From an uncultured virus (IMG/VR IMGVR_UViG_3300030019_000024) (lineage: Duplodnaviria > Heunggongvirae > Uroviricota > Caudoviricetes): 20,000 bases of DNA. A program made the translations under genes and the position numbers. The notes beneath the pieces are model-generated. The model searched no databases. It was not told where the DNA came from and saw only the letters and a program-made list of their open reading frames with translations. The stretch lies in IMG/VR virus record IMGVR_UViG_3300030019_000024. One strand, given 5' to 3'. Of this stretch, positions 15,239 to 20,000 are shown piece by piece (position 1 is the stretch's first letter; every line of letters begins with the position of its first letter).

Positions 15239-15311
15239 GAATTATATATAAAAAGATATAAACCAAACCAATAAAACTAACTATATAAGATAAAAGTAAA
15301 ATAAAGCATAC

Positions 15312-18300
15312 ATGAATAATAAAACAATTAGTGATAAATATATAAAACTTTCCCAACGAGAACATGTATTAACAAGACCTGATACATATATTGGTTCAGT
15401 GAATAAAGAATTCAAATCAATTTATGTTGCTACAAATTACAGTGAAAATATTAAAGATACAAAAATGATTTACGAAAGTTATGAATACACACCAGCTTTC
15501 ATAAAGATATTCGATGAAGCAATAACAAATGCTTCTGATCATGCAATTAGAACAGGCGAAGTAACATATATTAAAGTAAATATAATAAATGATATAATAT
15601 CAGTTGAAAATGATGGTCCTGGTGTACCTGTTATAATGCATGATAAGGAACATATTTATATACCCGAACTTGTGTTTGGACATTTATTATCAGGTGAAAA
15701 TTTTAATGATATGGAACAGAGATACTTAGGCGGTAGGAACGGAATTGGAATTAAATGTACTAATATTTATTCCAAATCCTTTTTATTAGAAACATCAGAT
15801 GGTATAAAATCATACAAACAAGAATTCACTGATAACATGTCAGTTGTTAATACACCTAAAGTAAAAAAATGTAAACAATCTTATACTAAAGTTACTTATA
15901 AACCTGATTTTGAAAAGTTTTCAATGACTGAAATTGATGATGTAACGTTATCAATATTAGTAAAACGTATAATTGATATAGCTGCATATAATCCAACTGT
16001 AAAAGTATATTTCAATGAACAAATTGTTCCAATTAAAACATTTAAAGATTATATTAAATTATTTACATCTGAAAATGATGAAATTTTTTATGAAAAGGTA
16101 AATGAAAATTGGGAAGTTGGTGTAATTAAATCACCAATAGATGCATTCACACAAGTTAGCATGGTTAATGGTATTTCAACTATTTTAGGTGGTACACATG
16201 TTAATTTTGTTACTAATAATTTAGTTGTACCATTGAAAGAACAATTAGAAAGAGGTGTTAAAGGATTGAATATTAAAGTAAATGATATTAAAGGAAGGGT
16301 ACTATTATTTGTAAATAGTAGATTACCTAATCCAACATTTGATACACAAACAAAAGAAAACTTAACACTTCGTTTGACATCTCAATTAACTAAAGATGTT
16401 AAGATTAGTGATAGCTTAATAAAGAAATTAAGTAAATCTGATATTTTTACTGATTTGGTTGAACTTTCTTTAATGAAAGAAAAATTAGATGCACAAAAAG
16501 AATTAAATAAACAAGTAGGGAAAAGAATACGTGTAGAAAAATTATTTGATGCAAACAATGCTGGAAAATTAGGTAGATCATCAGGATGCTATTTATTCAT
16601 CACAGAAGGTGATTCTGCAAGAAATTTTGCAGTTGCTGGATTTTCAATTACTGGTCGTGATAATTATGGTTGTTTTCCTATTCGTGGTAAATCATTAAAT
16701 GTTAGAGGGGTAGCTTTACAGAAAATTAAAGACAATGATGAATTAAAAAATATCATTCAGATTTTAGGATTAGAATTTGGTAAAAAATATAAATCTACTT
16801 CTGAACTTAGATACGGTAAAGTAGTACTTACATCGGATTCAGATACTGATGGTTATCATATTAAGGGATTACTTATTAATTTCTTTGAAATATTTTGGCC
16901 AGAATTATTAAAACTTGATTTTATTTATGAATTTGTAACACCAATTATTATTGCAACAAACGGTAAAAGAAAAAAATTCTTTTACAAACAAAATGAATAT
17001 GATAAATGGTGCAGTGAAATAGGTAACTTATCTGCATATAATATTAAATACTATAAAGGTCTTGGTACACTTGGTCCACAGTTAGGTAAAGAATTATTTA
17101 AAGATTTAGATAAACATTTGATTCCATTTCATTATTCAAATCCAGAAAGAACAAAAGATTTAATTGATTTAGCATTTAATAAGAAAAGACCTGATGATAG
17201 AAAAGAATGGTTGAGTAATTATGTTTTAAATGCATCTTTTGATAAATTTGCACAAAAGACAACATTTGAATCGTTTATGGACAATGAATTTATAGAATAT
17301 AGCATGGAAGATAATGTTCGTTCTATTCCTTCTATTGTTGATGGGTTTAAACCAAGTCAAAGAAAAATTTTATATACTTTGATGAAGTTAAATAAAACAG
17401 GTGAAATGAATGTTGGTGAATTATTTGGTTATGTAAAATCAACCGCAGAATATCATCATGGTCCACAATCACTTGAACAAGGTATTATTTCAATGGCACA
17501 AGAATTTATAGGTTCAAATAATTTATCAATTTTAGAACCACTTGGATCATTTGGTACCAGAATCAGTGGTGGAAAGGATAGTTCAGCAGCAAGATATATT
17601 TATACAAAATTAAGAGATATCACAAAAGATATATTTATGAAAGAAGATGGTGATATTTTGAACTATTTAGATGTAGATGGTAAGAAAGTAGAACCAGATT
17701 ATTACTTACCTATTATACCACAAGTATTATTAAATGGTGTTGAAGGTATTGGTACTGGTTGGTCTTCAACCATACCTAAATTTAAATGTGAAGATTTAAT
17801 AGAATATATTGATAATAAAATATCAGGTAAAAAGAAAAATATTGAACTTTTACCATTTTATGAAAATTTTACAGGTACTTCGTATTATGATAAAGAAAAT
17901 AATAATTTCATGACAAGGGGTACTATTAAAAAAATAAATGATTCTACTTTAAATATTACTGAATTACCTATTAATGTATGGAATGATAATTATTATCTTA
18001 CATTAGAAGAAATGATTGATGATAAAATTATTAAAAATTTCCAAAAAAACTGTACTGATGAAAAAGTAAATATTAAAATAAAAATACAAAATGAAATTTT
18101 AAGTAGTTTTTCAGATGATGAATTATATACTAAGTTTGATTTGGATTCTAAAATAAATATGTCTAACATGCATTTATTTAATGCTGATGGTAAAATTAAA
18201 AAGTATAATGACCAATATGAAATAATTGATGAATATTATTCTATTAGATTAGAAGGTTATCAGAAACGAAAAGATAGTTTGTTATCAAAATTTTATAATA

Positions 18301-18620
18301 AAAAAATATGGTATGATAATACCATAAAGTTTATAAAGTTAGTTTTGAAAGATGAAATAAAAATTAACAATGTTGGTATAGATAAAATTATTCAATCATT
18401 ACAAAAAAATGATATAGCAGAAATTGATGGTGGATATAATTATTTATTAAATATTGCAATTTATAAATTAACAAGAGAAGAATTAGTGAAATTACGTGAT
18501 AATTATAGAGAATTAAAAGAAAATATTAAAGAATTAGAAGAAGATACACCCGAAAAAATGTGGCATAATGATTTAATTAAATTAAGAGCGTCATTAAAGA
18601 AATATAGAAACAATAAATAA
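15312..18620 (+). CDS. top2: single-chain type IIA DNA topoisomerase (ATPase + TOPRIM + breakage-reunion fused)
   Basis: EHVLTRPDTYIGS, GGRNGIGIK, TEGDSA, PIRGK, DSDTDG, YYKGLGT, RSIPSIVDGFKPSQRK, YHHG, catalytic AARY. Confidence 0.96.
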   Translation: MNNKTISDKYIKLSQREHVLTRPDTYIGSVNKEFKSIYVATNYSENIKDTKMIYESYEYTPAFIKIFDEAITNASDHAIRTGEVTYIKVNIINDIISVENDGPGVPVIMHDKEHIYIPELVFGHLLSGENFNDMEQRYLGGRNGIGIKCTNIYSKSFLLETSDGIKSYKQEFTDNMSVVNTPKVKKCKQSYTKVTYKPDFEKFSMTEIDDVTLSILVKRIIDIAAYNPTVKVYFNEQIVPIKTFKDYIKLFTSENDEIFYEKVNENWEVGVIKSPIDAFTQVSMVNGISTILGGTHVNFVTNNLVVPLKEQLERGVKGLNIKVNDIKGRVLLFVNSRLPNPTFDTQTKENLTLRLTSQLTKDVKISDSLIKKLSKSDIFTDLVELSLMKEKLDAQKELNKQVGKRIRVEKLFDANNAGKLGRSSGCYLFITEGDSARNFAVAGFSITGRDNYGCFPIRGKSLNVRGVALQKIKDNDELKNIIQILGLEFGKKYKSTSELRYGKVVLTSDSDTDGYHIKGLLINFFEIFWPELLKLDFIYEFVTPIIIATNGKRKKFFYKQNEYDKWCSEIGNLSAYNIKYYKGLGTLGPQLGKELFKDLDKHLIPFHYSNPERTKDLIDLAFNKKRPDDRKEWLSNYVLNASFDKFAQKTTFESFMDNEFIEYSMEDNVRSIPSIVDGFKPSQRKILYTLMKLNKTGEMNVGELFGYVKSTAEYHHGPQSLEQGIISMAQEFIGSNNLSILEPLGSFGTRISGGKDSSAARYIYTKLRDITKDIFMKEDGDILNYLDVDGKKVEPDYYLPIIPQVLLNGVEGIGTGWSSTIPKFKCEDLIEYIDNKISGKKKNIELLPFYENFTGTSYYDKENNNFMTRGTIKKINDSTLNITELPINVWNDNYYLTLEEMIDDKIIKNFQKNCTDEKVNIKIKIQNEILSSFSDDELYTKFDLDSKINMSNMHLFNADGKIKKYNDQYEIIDEYYSIRLEGYQKRKDSLLSKFYNKKIWYDNTIKFIKLVLKDEIKINNVGIDKIIQSLQKNDIAEIDGGYNYLLNIAIYKLTREELVKLRDNYRELKENIKELEEDTPEKMWHNDLIKLRASLKKYRNNK

Positions 18621-18621
18621 T

Positions 18622-18655
18622 AAAAAAAGGATACAATTACTTGTATCCTTTTTTT
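18622..18655. terminator. bidirectional intrinsic terminator
   Basis: AAAAAAAGGATACAA-TTAC-TTGTATCCTTTTTTT between convergent genes. Confidence 0.85.
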
Positions 18656-20000
18656 ATGATAGTACTGGATATATCCGACCCTTATCATCAGGTGGTGTAT
18701 TATTACCTGATGATAATAATTGAAACGGTCTTTTTGTAACACCTACACGATAATCAAAATGAACATAATCACCAACACCAAACCATTTCCATCCCCTATT
18801 TTCAAGATAATTTTTTGCATATTGAAAAACTTCTTCATTAGTAGAATCTTTACCTATTTTTGAACCATCACCCCTATAAACATTAATATCCATTGCTAAC
18901 CCTGCTTCGTGATACGATGTTCCTGGTTTAGCTGCTTTTAAAACATTTGGATCTTTATTTTGCCACCTTTTATATAATTCTTCTTGGTATGCATAATTTC
19001 TATATACTAAATTAACACCAAGATGAGAACCACCATAATTGCTTTTTAAGAGCGCATTTAAATCATTATAGGTAGTTATACCATATTGTCTAATAGATGG
19101 ATGTAATGAGCTTAAACTTGCTGATTTGTATGCAATAGAACCATCACCATTATATATTGTATCTGATGTATTTTCACTACCATCAGGATATGTTATTTGT
19201 TCTGCTTCATATTCACCCGTATATGCTTCTAAAGGAATAGTTGGTTCTCTTTTAATATCAGGTAATTCAGCTAATGAAAACGGTGAATATGGTTTTACTG
19301 CTTCATCTACAAACCCATATCCCATAGTACTTACACTTTCCGATGCACCATCAACAATTTTAGAAACTGGATTTATTAAGTGCGATGGTACAATACTACT
19401 AACTGTTGCAGGTGATGTTACACTTGTTGCTGCTTTTGCTGCTTCTTCTGCTGCTGCTGCTGCTGTTGGAAGGTCTAATGCAACCTTCATTAAATCACCT
19501 ATACCATCTTTTGTTGGTATCTTAAATAACGCTGAAAAAAAAGATATAATTTTATCAAATTTTAATAATGGTAATCCTGTTATAAAATCAACAATACCAC
19601 CTAATAATTTACCAAGTAACCCAATTATCATTTGCATTGGAAAAACCAAGAGACTAATTAACAATTGAATTAATTTTGAACTACTTGCTGCTTCTGGACT
19701 TAGTTTGTTTAATTCTGCTTCTTTTTCCGTTTTTAATTGTTTTAAAGAATCTAACTTATTTTTATCAGATTCATTATCAGTATTATCACTACCTTTTATT
19801 TTTGCATCATTAATCCTTTTTTTGAATTGTGTAATAGCATCTTCTAAAATAGTTATTTGTTCTAATATAGTATCAACATTATTTTTTTGGTTTACAAGTC
19901 TTTCTCTATACCCATCTATTACAAGTTCAGTTACCAATACATCTTCTTTTGGTGCTTCTTGTCCTATTCTTTTATATCCTTCTCGTTCAACATCACTTAA
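18654..20000 (-). CDS. 3' part of a large protein with a C-terminal M15 (VanY-like) peptidase; possibly a virion-associated peptidoglycan hydrolase
   Basis: Frame open to the window edge; YR...Q..LY, AAKPGTSYHEAGLAMDI, DYVHFD; coiled-coil and hydrophobic helices upstream. Confidence 0.8.
   Translation of the reverse strand, partial: LSDVEREGYKRIGQEAPKEDVLVTELVIDGYRERLVNQKNNVDTILEQITILEDAITQFKKRINDAKIKGSDNTDNESDKNKLDSLKQLKTEKEAELNKLSPEAASSSKLIQLLISLLVFPMQMIIGLLGKLLGGIVDFITGLPLLKFDKIISFFSALFKIPTKDGIGDLMKVALDLPTAAAAAEEAAKAATSVTSPATVSSIVPSHLINPVSKIVDGASESVSTMGYGFVDEAVKPYSPFSLAELPDIKREPTIPLEAYTGEYEAEQITYPDGSENTSDTIYNGDGSIAYKSASLSSLHPSIRQYGITTYNDLNALLKSNYGGSHLGVNLVYRNYAYQEELYKRWQNKDPNVLKAAKPGTSYHEAGLAMDINVYRGDGSKIGKDSTNEEVFQYAKNYLENRGWKWFGVGDYVHFDYRVGVTKRPFQLLSSGNNTPPDDKGRIYPVLS

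Noticed and set aside
18503..19668. ORFs 18503..18742 and 19126..19668
   Set aside because: Overlap the topoisomerase, terminator or M15 gene; shadow ORFs
19935..19937. TTG start of the last ORF
   Set aside because: The frame stays open to position 20000, so the true start is probably outside the window
1..20000. Stop-codon recoding or suppressor tRNA
   Set aside because: Genes are full length in the standard code and no CUA, UCA or UUA anticodon was found
1..20000. Eukaryotic giant virus origin suggested by Top2 and ankyrins
   Set aside because: Bacteroidota promoters, intrinsic terminators, OmpA and peptidoglycan hydrolases point to a bacteriophage

Overview
Very AT-rich, gene-dense segment that reads as a large (jumbo-type) tailed phage of a Bacteroidota host: TTTG-N20-TAnnTTTG promoters, A-rich translation starts without obvious Shine-Dalgarno sites, peptidoglycan hydrolases, and a Bacteroidota-type OmpA. 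The left part holds a minus-strand array of 20 tRNA genes interrupted by a free-standing HNH endonuclease. It is followed by two tandem GT14 glycosyltransferases, a DEDDy 3'-5' exonuclease, thymidylate kinase, small hypotheticals, an OmpA plus a surface protein, an M15 peptidase, two ankyrin proteins, a GH19 lysin, a second HNH-like gene, a single-chain type IIA topoisomerase and a partial large M15-domain protein. The main finding is a putative ribosome-mediated attenuator directly upstream of the tRNA array. A 38-codon leader ORF (4599-4483) draws 26 of its first 27 codons from the nine amino acids served by the downstream tRNAs. It is followed by an intrinsic terminator whose 5' arm can alternatively pair with leader codons 24-26. 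This suggests a multi-tRNA depletion sensor that switches on the phage tRNA array. The tRNAs are also unusual: Gly-ACC and Leu-AAG anticodons, long variable arms on Gly/Thr/His/CAT tRNAs, and A19-U56 elbows. All calls come from reading the sequence by eye; no searches or folding programs were run.
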